A DNA stretch of 64,000 nt from Opitutaceae bacterium (GTDB taxonomy: Bacteria; Verrucomicrobiota; Verrucomicrobiia; Opitutales; Coraliomargaritaceae). Positions 18,879-31,240 of the stretch are shown in pieces. The notes beneath the pieces are model-generated. The model made no database searches and was not told the origin of the DNA. It saw only the letters and a program-made list of their open reading frames with translations. Location: NCBI GenBank assembly GCA_051252375.1, contig JBPOFY010000001.1, positions 128,001 to 192,000 of the forward strand. The letters run 5' to 3'. The position numbers and the translations under genes are program-made. Every line of letters starts with the position of its first letter. Position 1 is the stretch's first letter.

Positions 18879-21577
18879 GCACATTTAAGAAAAGGTCGAA
18901 AAGCAGTCTCCTGCTGGAGCTTTTCTTAGACACGTCACTACTACTGCTATTCATCGCGCAGGCGTTCATACTCGGTTGCTTAATTATCTATGGCTACATC
19001 CCGCTACCACGGGAGTGGAGCTCTAAATTGATCGACTCGCATTTGCCTACGGGTGTGCGCTTCGAGGCAGAAACGATTAGGCTGAAATTGAATGGTGACT
19101 TGGAATTTAGTAAAGTTGCCATTTGGACCGGCAACATACGCCAATCAGTCCTCGAATCTGATGGTGTCGTTGCGCACCTCCGCCTAGATGCTGCAAATAA
19201 CTATACTCCGTATATTGAAGGAGTCGTCGTCTCCAACGGCACGCTCTATCTTCCTGCCGTATATTCTCCTGATGGATTACGTCGCCCAATTCTAGAGCGA
19301 GTCGCATTTAGCATGACTCCTACTGATGGCTTTATTCAGATCGATTCCTTTGCCGCACTCCATCAAAACATTCGCTTGCGCGGCGCTATCGAATGGCCGA
19401 TCAGCACGACCTCAAGCAAAACCACTTCACAGACCGACATCGAGCAATTCTATAAATACGCCTCAGAAGCGATTAAACAAAGGGAGCGCTTCAATATTTT
19501 CACTACGCCCACCTTGGCATTCAACTTAACAGCACAGCAAGACGGCACGGTCAAAATCACGACACGCATATCGAGCCGCGAGTTAAAGCACTCGCTAGCA
19601 AACGGGCAAAACTTCATGGTAGATGCGAGTTTCCTGATCAAGGATAGTCAATATTTCGCTGAAAAATCCCTACGAGTTAAAGCCAAACAATTCAATTTTC
19701 CGAAGCATGCGGTCACTGCGCAAAACCTAGATGCAATCATCGCGCCCGAAGACTGGAAGACCCTACTCGAAGGTAAGTTCCCATCCGTAGATGTCTTTGC
19801 CCGTGAACTAAGTATCCACGGAATCAAACTAATCGCACCAGTAATGAAAGTCGACCTGAGCGATTATCCGACCATACAACTAGGAGGTGCCACCAGCGGG
19901 CTGAAAGGCGCAGTCACCTTTAACGCAGAAATCGACACAGCTAAACAACTGGGCAATGTCCAAGCAAAAGGCAGTGTTGATCTTCTAAGCCTAGTTCCAG
20001 AAGACCTCGCGAAGGCACTACCAACACTCTCGTTTTCCGAAGCGCCCTACTATGATCTCTCACTGAATTTCGCAGAGGGGTTTACACTCAATAGCGCTTC
20101 CCTCTCGGCAAAAACAGCAGGGCTTGGTGTCGGCAACATACTATTCGATACGGTCAATGCGCAGGCATCCTTCCGAAATGGAGTTTATAAACTCGAGGAA
20201 GTTTACGTTCGCCGCGATTGGCAATGGGTGGACCTAACCTTCAGCCTCGATAGCAATACTTGGGACTACAAAGTTTCCCTCATCGGATCCGCGATCCCTT
20301 ACGACTACAATGACCTACTCCCCTCCTGGTGGGGCAGTATCTTCGTGGATTTCGATTTCAGTGAAGTTCAAAAGAACCAAGGCGACTTCATTATTTATGG
20401 CAATGCAAAGGAGTCCGCTTGCGAGCTCTACTTCGGTCATGCCTTTGCAGAAAAAGTTCGTTTCATGGATGTCATGGTAGATGATGCGACAGTAGTCGTT
20501 CGCGGTCGAGGGCGCTACTCGGAAGTCACTGATATCGATGCTAAAAGTAATGGCGGTTGGGCAAAAGGAACGATCGGCTTCGTTTCCATGCCAGGTGATC
20601 TTCCCTCACCCGCATCCATCCGTATGGAATTCGATGCGCAGCTACAACTAGACGATGCAAAGAAACTATTCGGCACAGATATCGCAGCCATCCTTGACGA
20701 TTTCGAGATGGGACAAATGCCCCTCTGCTCACTTGACGGCGCAATATTTAACGCCGCATACCCTCGATATAAAGATAGTAGTTATTTCAACTTAACCGCC
20801 GATAGCATGGGGCCGATTCAATTCAAAGGCATCCCACTCGACCACCTAAAATTCGACCTCTACGGACGAAAGCAAAGCACTTACCTGCGTGACGTGAAAT
20901 TCGGCTATGCCGATGGTATCGGTAACAGTATGATCGACATCCTCACTCCAAAAGACAGCCCGGCTCAACTTCGCTACTCGATTCAATTAGAAAATGCCAA
21001 ACAAGCATTAGCCATCCAGCGCTTGCCTCAACTGGCCACATTGAGAACTGACCTTGGGGCGAAGGACAAATCCGCCGCTGAAATACAAGCGCGTGAGGAA
21101 GGTTACATCGACATCCACCTACATGCAAGTGGTCCAGTCGACGATCCATTAAAACATAATGGATACGGTGATTTCACCCTTCGCAACAAGCAACTCGGCG
21201 CAATTCAACTGCTCGGTCCACTTTCGCGATTACTGAAAGATACTCCGCTAAGCTTCACTTCCTTCAACCTCGACACGATGAGCGGTCGCTTCCAGCTAAT
21301 CGAAGAACTCATCCAATTCGAGCAACTTCAAATAGATGGACCGCGCACTCGAATCAACGCGCTCGGCACGATAACACTGCGTGAACAAGCCCTCGACATG
21401 AAAGTCAACGTAGGCCTCTTCACCAACGTCGGCTCACCTGATTCAGCACTAAAAATGGTAGGAGACATACTCAAAAGCCCCCTCCCCAAGCTACTAAGCT
21501 TTCAACTGACGGGCACTTTGAAGGATCAGAAATGGCGCTCCCTCTACGACCCGAGGAACCTCATTCCCCGATTCTAG
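18875..21577 (+). CDS. AsmA-like (beta-groove) envelope protein
   Basis: N-terminal TM, beta-rich body, AsmA-type C-terminus (LQIDGP...INALGTI.L....LDM, FQLTGTL.D.KW); GTG overlaps previous TGA. Confidence 0.75.
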   Translation: MSTFKKRSKSSLLLELFLDTSLLLLFIAQAFILGCLIIYGYIPLPREWSSKLIDSHLPTGVRFEAETIRLKLNGDLEFSKVAIWTGNIRQSVLESDGVVAHLRLDAANNYTPYIEGVVVSNGTLYLPAVYSPDGLRRPILERVAFSMTPTDGFIQIDSFAALHQNIRLRGAIEWPISTTSSKTTSQTDIEQFYKYASEAIKQRERFNIFTTPTLAFNLTAQQDGTVKITTRISSRELKHSLANGQNFMVDASFLIKDSQYFAEKSLRVKAKQFNFPKHAVTAQNLDAIIAPEDWKTLLEGKFPSVDVFARELSIHGIKLIAPVMKVDLSDYPTIQLGGATSGLKGAVTFNAEIDTAKQLGNVQAKGSVDLLSLVPEDLAKALPTLSFSEAPYYDLSLNFAEGFTLNSASLSAKTAGLGVGNILFDTVNAQASFRNGVYKLEEVYVRRDWQWVDLTFSLDSNTWDYKVSLIGSAIPYDYNDLLPSWWGSIFVDFDFSEVQKNQGDFIIYGNAKESACELYFGHAFAEKVRFMDVMVDDATVVVRGRGRYSEVTDIDAKSNGGWAKGTIGFVSMPGDLPSPASIRMEFDAQLQLDDAKKLFGTDIAAILDDFEMGQMPLCSLDGAIFNAAYPRYKDSSYFNLTADSMGPIQFKGIPLDHLKFDLYGRKQSTYLRDVKFGYADGIGNSMIDILTPKDSPAQLRYSIQLENAKQALAIQRLPQLATLRTDLGAKDKSAAEIQAREEGYIDIHLHASGPVDDPLKHNGYGDFTLRNKQLGAIQLLGPLSRLLKDTPLSFTSFNLDTMSGRFQLIEELIQFEQLQIDGPRTRINALGTITLREQALDMKVNVGLFTNVGSPDSALKMVGDILKSPLPKLLSFQLTGTLKDQKWRSLYDPRNLIPRF

Positions 21578-21587
21578 GAAGCGAATG

Positions 21588-23318
21588 TTATTCTCGATCG
21601 GCAAACCACTTTGCCACACCGGTTGCGCCTCTGGCATTCAACACGTGCCTCGCAGTTAACCAACCTTTACGCGCGATGTTCACACCAGCCTCAAAATAAC
21701 GTAGACCTGTGGTGTCATGAGCATCGGGATTGATCGCACACATTAAACCACGCTCTGCGGCACGTCGCCATAGGCGCCAATCCATATCCAGACGATGCGG
21801 GTTCGCATTGATCTCAATGATCACCTTGTTCGCAATCGCCGCATCAATGACCTTCTGCAGATCAATTTTGTAAGGCTCACGCCGCAGCAGAATACGCCCC
21901 GTCGGATGCCCCAGCATCATGGTCGCCGGATGCTCGATCGCCCTAATCACACGCGCCGTCATCTCCTCTTCAGACTGACTGAAAGAAGAATGCACCGACA
22001 TCACCGCGTAGTCCAAAGCGTCCAGCGTCACATCTTCCAAATCTAGCGATCCATCTGGCAATATATCGCACTCGATCCCAGAAAACACATGCACTGGCGA
22101 TTCACCGGATTCATTAAACGCGCGAATCTGCTCCACTTGCTTAAGCACCCGTTCGTCGCTAAGCCCGTTGGCTTGAAAACTCGCCTTCGAGTGATCCGCG
22201 AGACCCAGATATTCAAAACCCAAAGACTCTGCCGCGCCCGCCATCTCTTCAATCGAAGCACGTCCATCCGAGGCCGTCGTGTGATTGTGAAAAACGCCAC
22301 GAATATCCTTCGCTTCAATTAGCTGCGGCAATGCCTTCGACTCTGCCGACTCCAGTTCACCTAAGCCTTCACGCAGCACCGGCGGTATTTCATCAAGCTC
22401 TAAGAATGCAAATAAGTCTTTCTCGGTCTTAACACCATGACTTTCACTCTCACCTTCACTTTCACCCTTCAGCCCCCACTCACTCAAACTATAGCCGCGA
22501 GCCAGTGCGCGTTGTCGCATCGCCACATTATGCTCCTTCGATCCAGTAAAGTGATGCAGCGCAAAAGCGAACTGCTCCGCGGGCACCACGCGTAAATCCG
22601 CCTGTAAGCCTCCTTCAAATCGCACGCTTGATTTCGTCGCACCATGCGCCGTCACTTCGGTCACACCCGGCTGCCCGACAAACCAATCCATCACTGACTG
22701 CGGCTCAGACGAAGATACCATAAAATCAAGATCACCCACCGTTTCACGCAAACGCCTCAAACTACCTGCTGCCTCGGCTCGCTCCACTTGCGACAATGCG
22801 CGCAAGCCCTCTAGGATCGGCATAGCTACCTCGCGCGCCGTCCACCAATGATGCCGCTTTGCATACGCCGCCCGATTGGCAATCCCGCTCAATATTTTCT
22901 CCGCAGACTTCGGGCCAAAGCCCTTGATTGCAGCCACCTCGCCCGACTCACACGCAGCCTTCAACGCATCTATACTCTCTACTTTCAATTCGTCATGTAG
23001 CTTCTTCACCTTCTTCCCGCCAAGACCAGGGATCTCTAACATTTCAATCAAGCCCGGAGCAACTGACTCGCGTAGCTTAGTATAATATTCCAACTCACCT
23101 GTGGCATACAAGGTTTCGATCTTTTCCACCAAGGCGGAACCAATACCCTTAATAGAAGCCAACTCACCCGCTTCAATAATCGCGCCCAAGTCTTCCTCCA
23201 TCGTGTCCAGCACACGAGCACCGCCCGAGTAGGCGCGTATCTTAAACGGGTTCTCCCCCTTCAGTTCTAAAAGGACAGCAATGTCCTCAAGTATATCTAC
23301 GATGTCCGCTTTATTCAT
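21588..23318 (-). CDS. polX: DNA polymerase X / PHP 3'-5' exonuclease
   Basis: [10 protein letters not shown], HhH motifs, [30 protein letters not shown] motifs HNHT..SDG, DHS, HPTGR, NPDAH. Confidence 0.95.
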   Translation of the reverse strand: MNKADIVDILEDIAVLLELKGENPFKIRAYSGGARVLDTMEEDLGAIIEAGELASIKGIGSALVEKIETLYATGELEYYTKLRESVAPGLIEMLEIPGLGGKKVKKLHDELKVESIDALKAACESGEVAAIKGFGPKSAEKILSGIANRAAYAKRHHWWTAREVAMPILEGLRALSQVERAEAAGSLRRLRETVGDLDFMVSSSEPQSVMDWFVGQPGVTEVTAHGATKSSVRFEGGLQADLRVVPAEQFAFALHHFTGSKEHNVAMRQRALARGYSLSEWGLKGESEGESESHGVKTEKDLFAFLELDEIPPVLREGLGELESAESKALPQLIEAKDIRGVFHNHTTASDGRASIEEMAGAAESLGFEYLGLADHSKASFQANGLSDERVLKQVEQIRAFNESGESPVHVFSGIECDILPDGSLDLEDVTLDALDYAVMSVHSSFSQSEEEMTARVIRAIEHPATMMLGHPTGRILLRREPYKIDLQKVIDAAIANKVIIEINANPHRLDMDWRLWRRAAERGLMCAINPDAHDTTGLRYFEAGVNIARKGWLTARHVLNARGATGVAKWFADRE

Positions 23319-23323
23319 ATCAC

Positions 23324-24634
23324 TTATCTGCTCTTATTAAAATTATCCTCCACGGCAGTATGGATCATGGACCAATCCAACTTACCTCGCTCATCGACCG
23401 GCAACTTAGGCACCGAAATCAACTGCTTTGGGAATTTGTAATTTGCCAACTGCTCCCGCAAAGAATCCTGCCATTCTGAAACACGTCTACTGCCAGGTCG
23501 ATCCACGTAAAAGGCGACCAACTTCTCTCCCCACTCTGCATCTGGATAACCAATCGCAATGACCTCCTGCAATCCAGCTACCTCACGTATAGCGTCCTCG
23601 ACTTCTCGGGGATCGATTTTTTCGCCGCCACTAATAATCAGACGATCCGCGCGACCTAAAACATGTAATTTACCATCCTCATCAATCCGCGCTTCATCGT
23701 CAGTTAGATAGCCCTCAATCGGATCAATCGCAGCTTGTCCTTGGTAGCCGATAAATAACGCGGGGCTGTGTATGCGAAGACGCCCATCAGGCTCGATCTG
23801 AAAACGCGCCTCTCCAACAGGCACCGCTCCAGCGGATGGACTACCAATAAAATCATCACTCGGCACAGCTGCCACCATGGCGGCTGTCTCCGTCATGCCA
23901 TAAACAGGAATGATCGGTAGTCGCAGTGCTCGCGCCTGCTCGCTTACGGATGCAGGCATCCCCGCACCACCAACAAAGATCGCACGTGCCGTCGCCAACT
24001 TCCTGCAACTCATCTCATCCTGCAATAGGCGCTGTAATTGAGTCGGCACCAGTGAAAGACAATAGCCTTCCATTTTCGTATCATCAAACCGGATACAACC
24101 ATCTGAAACAAAACTACGAATCAGCTGCATCAGACCGCTGACATGAAAAAGCGGCAAGCAACAGCAGCTATTAACCGGGCCACCTCCAAGAAAGTCTGCT
24201 ACTGAGCGAGCAGCGACGTGGAGACTCGACCACGTATGGATCGCCAACTTCACACCCCCTGTGGTGCCACCTGTCGGGATCAGAATCGAGCCCCGGGACA
24301 ACGGATCATACTGCACATCTTGAGGCTCAAAGGAGGGATTCCCGAAAGTCAGCACAGGATTCACAAGGGGTTGAAACGCAGCCCACTCAAATCGGCCCCA
24401 TCTCGGATTTGCCAAGACAACTGGCACGCTTAACGACACCGCCGCAAAAAACGCAGCTGCAAACGCAACAGGATCTTGCTCGCAGATCAACACACCACCC
24501 AACTGCACGCGCTCGCCACCAACCTTGATCTTTGATGCACATCGAGACACTTCTTCGGAGAAGACATCCCCAGCAATGCCCTCGATCCAATCACGCTTAA
24601 GCGCTTCTATATCAAATGGGGCAATTGTTTCCAT
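23324..24634 (-). CDS. menE: O-succinylbenzoate-CoA ligase (AMP-binding enzyme)
   Basis: [42 protein letters not shown]; adjacent to menC. Confidence 0.85.
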   Translation of the reverse strand: METIAPFDIEALKRDWIEGIAGDVFSEEVSRCASKIKVGGERVQLGGVLICEQDPVAFAAAFFAAVSLSVPVVLANPRWGRFEWAAFQPLVNPVLTFGNPSFEPQDVQYDPLSRGSILIPTGGTTGGVKLAIHTWSSLHVAARSVADFLGGGPVNSCCCLPLFHVSGLMQLIRSFVSDGCIRFDDTKMEGYCLSLVPTQLQRLLQDEMSCRKLATARAIFVGGAGMPASVSEQARALRLPIIPVYGMTETAAMVAAVPSDDFIGSPSAGAVPVGEARFQIEPDGRLRIHSPALFIGYQGQAAIDPIEGYLTDDEARIDEDGKLHVLGRADRLIISGGEKIDPREVEDAIREVAGLQEVIAIGYPDAEWGEKLVAFYVDRPGSRRVSEWQDSLREQLANYKFPKQLISVPKLPVDERGKLDWSMIHTAVEDNFNKSR

Positions 24635-25575
24635 ACATCTTCGGGCGTGAGATCCAGACCATCGTCAAAAGCATCGCAAGTATCAAACCCAAGCGCGCGA
24701 TTCATCCCAAGCAATTGATCTGCGATCGAAACGGCATTCGTCACACCCACCCCAGTTTCAAATACTGACGATAGCACGATACGGTCGGCCACTGGCTTTA
24801 GTCGTTCGACTAAAGAACCGACATTCCCCATGAGTGCAGGCTTTACCACGAGCGGCCCTTGCCAATTTTCCAGCCAATGCGCGGCTTCGCTCCCATTCAA
24901 TGATTCATCGAGTGCTATTGAGATGCCCGACTCTGCGGCAAGCGCTTGCATGATACTTTCATTCCCTGGGGGCATTGGTTGCTCCAGATACTCAAGCTGT
25001 GTCTTAAAAGGGGACAATGCAGATAGCCAAGTTTTCAGCTCAGAATCAGTCAGCCCGCCGTTCGCATCGAGCCGTAGCCGGCCCGTTGGAGGCAAAAGTG
25101 ACATTAATTGACGCATCAGCTCCAACTCCACCTCGATTGGCTCCACACCGATCTTCCATTTGAATACATTAAACCCGCTGGCTACTTTCGCGCCTATGGC
25201 AGTTATGGCAGATTCCCCAGCAGGCAACAGAGCCGCAATTCCATACTGTATCGGGGCGACCGTCCCTGAATCGGGAACTTGGGTGCAAGTGACCTCAGCC
25301 TGCGCTAAAGCCGCACTGAGACCAAAAGCACAGCATGGCAGCTCAACGGGCACCGCAATTTCGGGGTTTTGAGCATATTTAGCCAAAAATGCGGCGGCGA
25401 CCGACACCGTCTCCGTGCCAAATTCCGCAATTGGAGCGATTTCCCCATAGCCGAAACGACCATTTTTCTCGATTCGGACGATAAAACCCTCCCGAACTGA
25501 CCATATACCATGCGCAGTGCGCAAAGGCTGTCGAAAAGTCCGCCGATACGGCTTTATGGAGATTTGAGGGCTCAT
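24607..25575 (-). CDS. menC: O-succinylbenzoate synthase (enolase superfamily)
   Basis: GYGEIAP, FKWKIG, RLDANGG, EQP, ALDES, VVKP, SSVFET; ATG 25575. Confidence 0.9.
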   Translation of the reverse strand: MSPQISIKPYRRTFRQPLRTAHGIWSVREGFIVRIEKNGRFGYGEIAPIAEFGTETVSVAAAFLAKYAQNPEIAVPVELPCCAFGLSAALAQAEVTCTQVPDSGTVAPIQYGIAALLPAGESAITAIGAKVASGFNVFKWKIGVEPIEVELELMRQLMSLLPPTGRLRLDANGGLTDSELKTWLSALSPFKTQLEYLEQPMPPGNESIMQALAAESGISIALDESLNGSEAAHWLENWQGPLVVKPALMGNVGSLVERLKPVADRIVLSSVFETGVGVTNAVSIADQLLGMNRALGFDTCDAFDDGLDLTPEDVWKQLPHLI

Positions 25576-25633
25576 TTCACAAACAACTGTCTTTTCAACT
25601 TGAGAAAAGACAATCTTTTGGTGGAGTCTTTCC

Positions 25634-27217
<1,584 letters not shown>

Positions 27218-27218
27218 T

Positions 27219-27250
27219 TTCTCAGCCTTCCAGACTTTCAGCTTTCTAGC
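27219..27250. repeat. 4 x 8-bp degenerate tandem repeat between guaB and purA
   Basis: TTCTCAGC CTTCCAGA CTTTCAGC TTTCTAGC. Confidence 0.7.
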
Positions 27251-27261
27251 TTTTTCAATAG

Positions 27262-28809
27262 ATGCTCACTCCATTTAGTTCACAACTCATCGCCGACACC
27301 GGTATCTCCACAGGAGACGAAGGCAAAGGCCGCGTCATCCTCGAAATCGTCAACGAACTGCGTGAAATCACCGGGCGTGACGATGCCGTGGCCGCAGTCA
27401 TGAAAGTCAACGGTGGCTCGAACTCCGGACACACCGTCGCCGGTCTCAAGCTGAACCTCCTCCCCGGAGGCGTCGCCGACCCGATGGTGCCCTATTTGCC
27501 AATCGGTTGCGGTGTAGTAGCCGACCCACGCAAGTTCCTCTGGGAAGCTGCTTACGCGGAGCTACACGGGCACACCGTCATCCCCCGTCTCGCGATCGAC
27601 GAACGTTGCTTGATGTCCGACCTTTGCCATCGCTTGCTCGACCTTGCTTGGGAAGACTATCGAGTAAACATTCAGAAAAGCGCCCCGCGCGGATCCACAG
27701 GTCGCGGCATCACCCCCGCCTATCTGGACGAAGTCGGTCAGTTCCAAATTTACTACGCCGATTTCCTCGGCAGCAAAGAAACCTTCGCCGCAAAGATGCA
27801 GGGGCGTATCGACCGTGCACTTCGCGTTATAGAGCACGTCTGCCAAGTCGCACCTGAGCGCTGGCCATCTTTTTTCGAAATCCTCACCGGCGCTGAAACA
27901 CGTGCGAATGCGGAAGTAATCGAAGCAGGTAAATTCGAAACCGCCGAGTTCGACTTCAGCCAATTTGCCGGCGACGCTCCTTTCTCCCTAAAAGCAGACA
28001 AGCTAATCGAAGCCTACTGGTCCGCCGGGCAAGTCTTGGCGAATCAGATTGTAGATGTTCGCGAACTCATCCTTCGTGAACAAGACAAAGGCAACTACAT
28101 CATCGGTGAGTTCGGTCAGGCCTACTGGCTCGACAAGCGGCATGGCTTCCCGCCCAATGTGACTGCCTCGCACACTTTTACACCCGAGTTTTTCCAATCG
28201 GCCGGCATACCAGCACAAGCGATCCACAATGTCGGTTGCTGTAAGGCTTACGACACCAAGGTCGGCACCCACGTATTTATTTCTGAGATCGACCTCGATC
28301 ATCCGCTCAGCACCTTGCTACGCAAGATCGAGTTTGGCGCCACCACCGGTCGCCAGCGCATGGTCGGCTGGTATGATGCCGTCGAAAAAGGTGATGCGCT
28401 CCGCTACGGAGGCTATCAAGACCTCGTGCTCAATAAACTCGACGCCCTCTCCCACTCTGGCGATTGGCAAGGCGAGCTTCAGATCTGCATCGCATACGAA
28501 GATGCTGAAGGCAATGTTGTCTATCACGTCCCCCGCGACGACAACTACCGCCGCACACTCAAACCCGTCTATAAAGTCGTGCCCGGTTGGAGCGAAGACA
28601 TCTCTGGTGTGCGCAGCTTTAACGATCTTCCTGATGCCGCGAAGAACTATGTCGCTTGGATGATGAAAGCCTTAATCGATGTCGCCAATCACGGCGACAC
28701 GAACAAAAACAAAGTGCCCAATCTCCGCTACATCGGCGTCGGGCCCGAACCAAGTCAGATTATCAAAGACGTGCCCGCGGTTGAAGAGCTGCTTAAGCTC
28801 ACACACTAA
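27262..28809 (+). CDS. purA: Adenylosuccinate synthetase (divergent, long form)
   Basis: [52 protein letters not shown]. Confidence 0.92.
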   Translation: MLTPFSSQLIADTGISTGDEGKGRVILEIVNELREITGRDDAVAAVMKVNGGSNSGHTVAGLKLNLLPGGVADPMVPYLPIGCGVVADPRKFLWEAAYAELHGHTVIPRLAIDERCLMSDLCHRLLDLAWEDYRVNIQKSAPRGSTGRGITPAYLDEVGQFQIYYADFLGSKETFAAKMQGRIDRALRVIEHVCQVAPERWPSFFEILTGAETRANAEVIEAGKFETAEFDFSQFAGDAPFSLKADKLIEAYWSAGQVLANQIVDVRELILREQDKGNYIIGEFGQAYWLDKRHGFPPNVTASHTFTPEFFQSAGIPAQAIHNVGCCKAYDTKVGTHVFISEIDLDHPLSTLLRKIEFGATTGRQRMVGWYDAVEKGDALRYGGYQDLVLNKLDALSHSGDWQGELQICIAYEDAEGNVVYHVPRDDNYRRTLKPVYKVVPGWSEDISGVRSFNDLPDAAKNYVAWMMKALIDVANHGDTNKNKVPNLRYIGVGPEPSQIIKDVPAVEELLKLTH

Positions 28810-28813
28810 ACCC

Positions 28814-29134
28814 ATGAACGCAAAAATCGTAGCAGCCTGCGAAGCCTTCTCCATGGGCGACTCCACCCCTGCCCTCGAATACATCGCTGATGGGATCGAG
28901 TGGCACATCGTCGGCGACCGCACCATTGACGGCAATGAAGCAGTCAAAGAAATGTGTGAAGATGCCGCCTCTCAAGGCGCACCCAATTTTCAAAATGGAC
29001 GGGTGATTAAAGGGAAATCGCACATCATCGTCGAAGGCGCTGACCTCGACAACGACATGCACTACTGCGACATCTACGCGATCGACGAGAATCAAATCGT
29101 AGAGATTACGTCCTATTCCCTAGCTAGCTTCTAG
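28814..29134 (+). CDS. SnoaL/NTF2-like small protein
   Basis: 106 aa; AFS.GD......IADGIEW..VG...IDG.EAV and YCDIY.....I.EITSY pattern. Confidence 0.8.
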   Translation: MNAKIVAACEAFSMGDSTPALEYIADGIEWHIVGDRTIDGNEAVKEMCEDAASQGAPNFQNGRVIKGKSHIIVEGADLDNDMHYCDIYAIDENQIVEITSYSLASF

Positions 29135-29138
29135 GTCA

Positions 29139-29564
29139 CTACTCGCCCTGAAAACTCAACACGATTCGTCGTGAGTGCGGTCGTGCTCGGTGCTCCCAGA
29201 GGAAGACTCCTTGCCAAGTGCCTAAACAGAGACGGCCCTCCACAAACGGGATGACTTCCACAGTTCGAGTAAGTGCCATCTTAATATGACTGGGCATATC
29301 ATCCGGTCCTTCATACGTATGGGTGAAGTCCGGATCATTCTCTGGCACGAGGCGCTCAATGAAACGTTCCAAATCACGACGAGCCGAGGGGTCGGCATTT
29401 TCCATGATCACTAGGCTGCAACTTGTATGGCAGCAAAACACTGAAACGGAACCTTCGCGTAACCCAGACTCTCGCAGACCAGAAATAATTTCAGCAGTAA
29501 ATTCTTCCGTCGATTTCCCAGGCGCACTGACTCGTATCTCTTTTGTGAATACAGCCATACTCAA
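29139..29564 (-). CDS. yjbQ: YjbQ/UPF0047 family protein
   Basis: HTSCSLVIMENADP, HTYEGPDDMPSHIK, LGTWQGVFLWEHR; start is 29564 or ATG 29558. Confidence 0.92.
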   Translation of the reverse strand: MSMAVFTKEIRVSAPGKSTEEFTAEIISGLRESGLREGSVSVFCCHTSCSLVIMENADPSARRDLERFIERLVPENDPDFTHTYEGPDDMPSHIKMALTRTVEVIPFVEGRLCLGTWQGVFLWEHRARPHSRRIVLSFQGE

Positions 29565-31204
29565 TGCTTACGAAGCGTTGATATCACAATATACATCCCA
29601 AGCATACCTGAAGCTAGAAAGCCAAGAATACCGATCGCAGGATGCCCCCATAACAATGGCTTCACCCCAGTCGTAATAATCAACGAAGATCCGATCAATA
29701 AGGACCCAATAATGATACCCACTGTCAGGCGATTCATCGATGCATTAAAAGTCTCCTGCAAGTTTTCCGTCCCCGTATGGTGAAAGTTAATCTGCAAATC
29801 CTCTTCTTCGATCCGCTGCAATATGCGCTGAAGGTTCTCAGGTATTTGCTGCATCCGACGCAACATCGACAACATGGGATACAAGGTATGCTGCGCAATA
29901 CTCGTCGCGCTCCAGCGCTCCTTGTTTAGCTGTTCGAGGTAAGGACGCGCAACGACTTGAATATCAAATTCAGGGTCCATAGTCCGCGCGGTTTCCTCAA
30001 CACAAAGAATCGCTTTCGAAAGCAAGGCATAGTCCGGCGACAACTCAATGCCATTGGTGCCAAAAATATACAGCATCTCTAGACCAACGGTTCCCATCTT
30101 CGTCCCAGAGGGACCAAACTCGCGATGCTTATTCAGCAGCAAGGTGACCTCCTTTTCTATTGGCCGACGATCAATCCGTCGGTTGTTCACCGCCATACGC
30201 TCCGCGACTCGAATGACTTTCGCCGCATCACGCGCAGTGATCGCGGCAAAAAGATCTGCCAAGTGATGCCGCATCTCTAATGTAATTTGCCCAGCCTGCC
30301 CCCAATCTAGAAAGCAAATGCGCTGATCCGGCGTCACTAGCATATTACCCGAGTGAGGATCCGAGTGAAAAAATCCCGTACCGACGATCTGGTGAAAGAC
30401 GGAATCACCGCCCATTCGCGCCAATTCTTTAGCCTCTTCTCCGACAAATGTAATTTTATCTGGCGCACATCCGTCCACCCATTCCGTCACTAGCAAACGC
30501 CGTGTGGTCAGCGCACGATATACCTTAGGTGCAAATACTTTCGGCTTATCATTCAAGGCTCGGAAAATCTCGGCGTTGTCCGCCTCATTTTTATAATTCA
30601 ACTCTTCGTGCAGACGCTTCTCAGCCTCTGCCAAAAGTGTTGGTAAATTGTAAGGTCGTAGTTCTTCGATCCGCGTATGCAACTGACGTGCGAACCAACC
30701 AATAATCTCTAGATCCGCCGAAATCGTTTTGTGAATATCAGCACGTTGCACTTTCACGCAGACCCACTCACCTGTCGAAATCAGTTTCGCCTTATAAACT
30801 TGCCCTAAAGAACCCGCAGCCACAGGCACTGAGTCAAACTCTGCAAAGACCTCCTCGATCTCGCATTCCAATTCCTTGAGTAGAATCGGTTTAATTTTAT
30901 CAAAGGGCTGCGCCATCACCTCGCTACGAAGCTTCTTTAGCTCCATCACCAGCGGTTCAGGTAATTTATCAGGTCGCGTGCTAAGGATCTGCCCAAACTT
31001 CACAAAGATCGGACCGAGCTCCTCACAGGCATTACGCACCCGTTCGTAAGGCGTCAGATGCGTGACCTTCTCACGCACCAAATTTCGTAACAGAAACTGC
31101 GGCGTATCGAGCTGCAGTAATAAATCCTCAAACCCCCAACGCACCAAAATCGCCACAATCTCAGGGGCGCGGACAGCATTTGAGAGATAGTTAAAAGGTT
31201 TCAT
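29561..31204 (-). CDS. AarF/UbiB (ABC1) family atypical kinase
   Basis: LGPIFVKFGQILSTRPD, AAGSLGQVYKA, VKVQR, FFHSDPHSGN, FLDWG; 2 C-terminal TMs. Confidence 0.93.
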   Translation of the reverse strand: MKPFNYLSNAVRAPEIVAILVRWGFEDLLLQLDTPQFLLRNLVREKVTHLTPYERVRNACEELGPIFVKFGQILSTRPDKLPEPLVMELKKLRSEVMAQPFDKIKPILLKELECEIEEVFAEFDSVPVAAGSLGQVYKAKLISTGEWVCVKVQRADIHKTISADLEIIGWFARQLHTRIEELRPYNLPTLLAEAEKRLHEELNYKNEADNAEIFRALNDKPKVFAPKVYRALTTRRLLVTEWVDGCAPDKITFVGEEAKELARMGGDSVFHQIVGTGFFHSDPHSGNMLVTPDQRICFLDWGQAGQITLEMRHHLADLFAAITARDAAKVIRVAERMAVNNRRIDRRPIEKEVTLLLNKHREFGPSGTKMGTVGLEMLYIFGTNGIELSPDYALLSKAILCVEETARTMDPEFDIQVVARPYLEQLNKERWSATSIAQHTLYPMLSMLRRMQQIPENLQRILQRIEEEDLQINFHHTGTENLQETFNASMNRLTVGIIIGSLLIGSSLIITTGVKPLLWGHPAIGILGFLASGMLGMYIVISTLRKH

Positions 31205-31208
31205 AAGA

Positions 31209-31236
31209 GTTGCTAGTTGAACGTTGCTTGTTGTTA
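31209..31236. repeat. 4 x 7-bp array, downstream arm of the four-helix-bundle gene
   Basis: GTTGCTA GTTGAAC GTTGCTT GTTGTTA. Confidence 0.85.
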
Positions 31237-31240
31237 GAAA

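Noticed and set aside
22441..22470. Short repeat in polX (GESEGESES)
   Set aside because: Low-complexity in-frame linker with no further support.
27262..28809. PurZ (2-aminoadenine synthesis) interpretation of the divergent purA
   Set aside because: The Asp in GDEGKG is retained and the gene sits beside guaB with no phage context.
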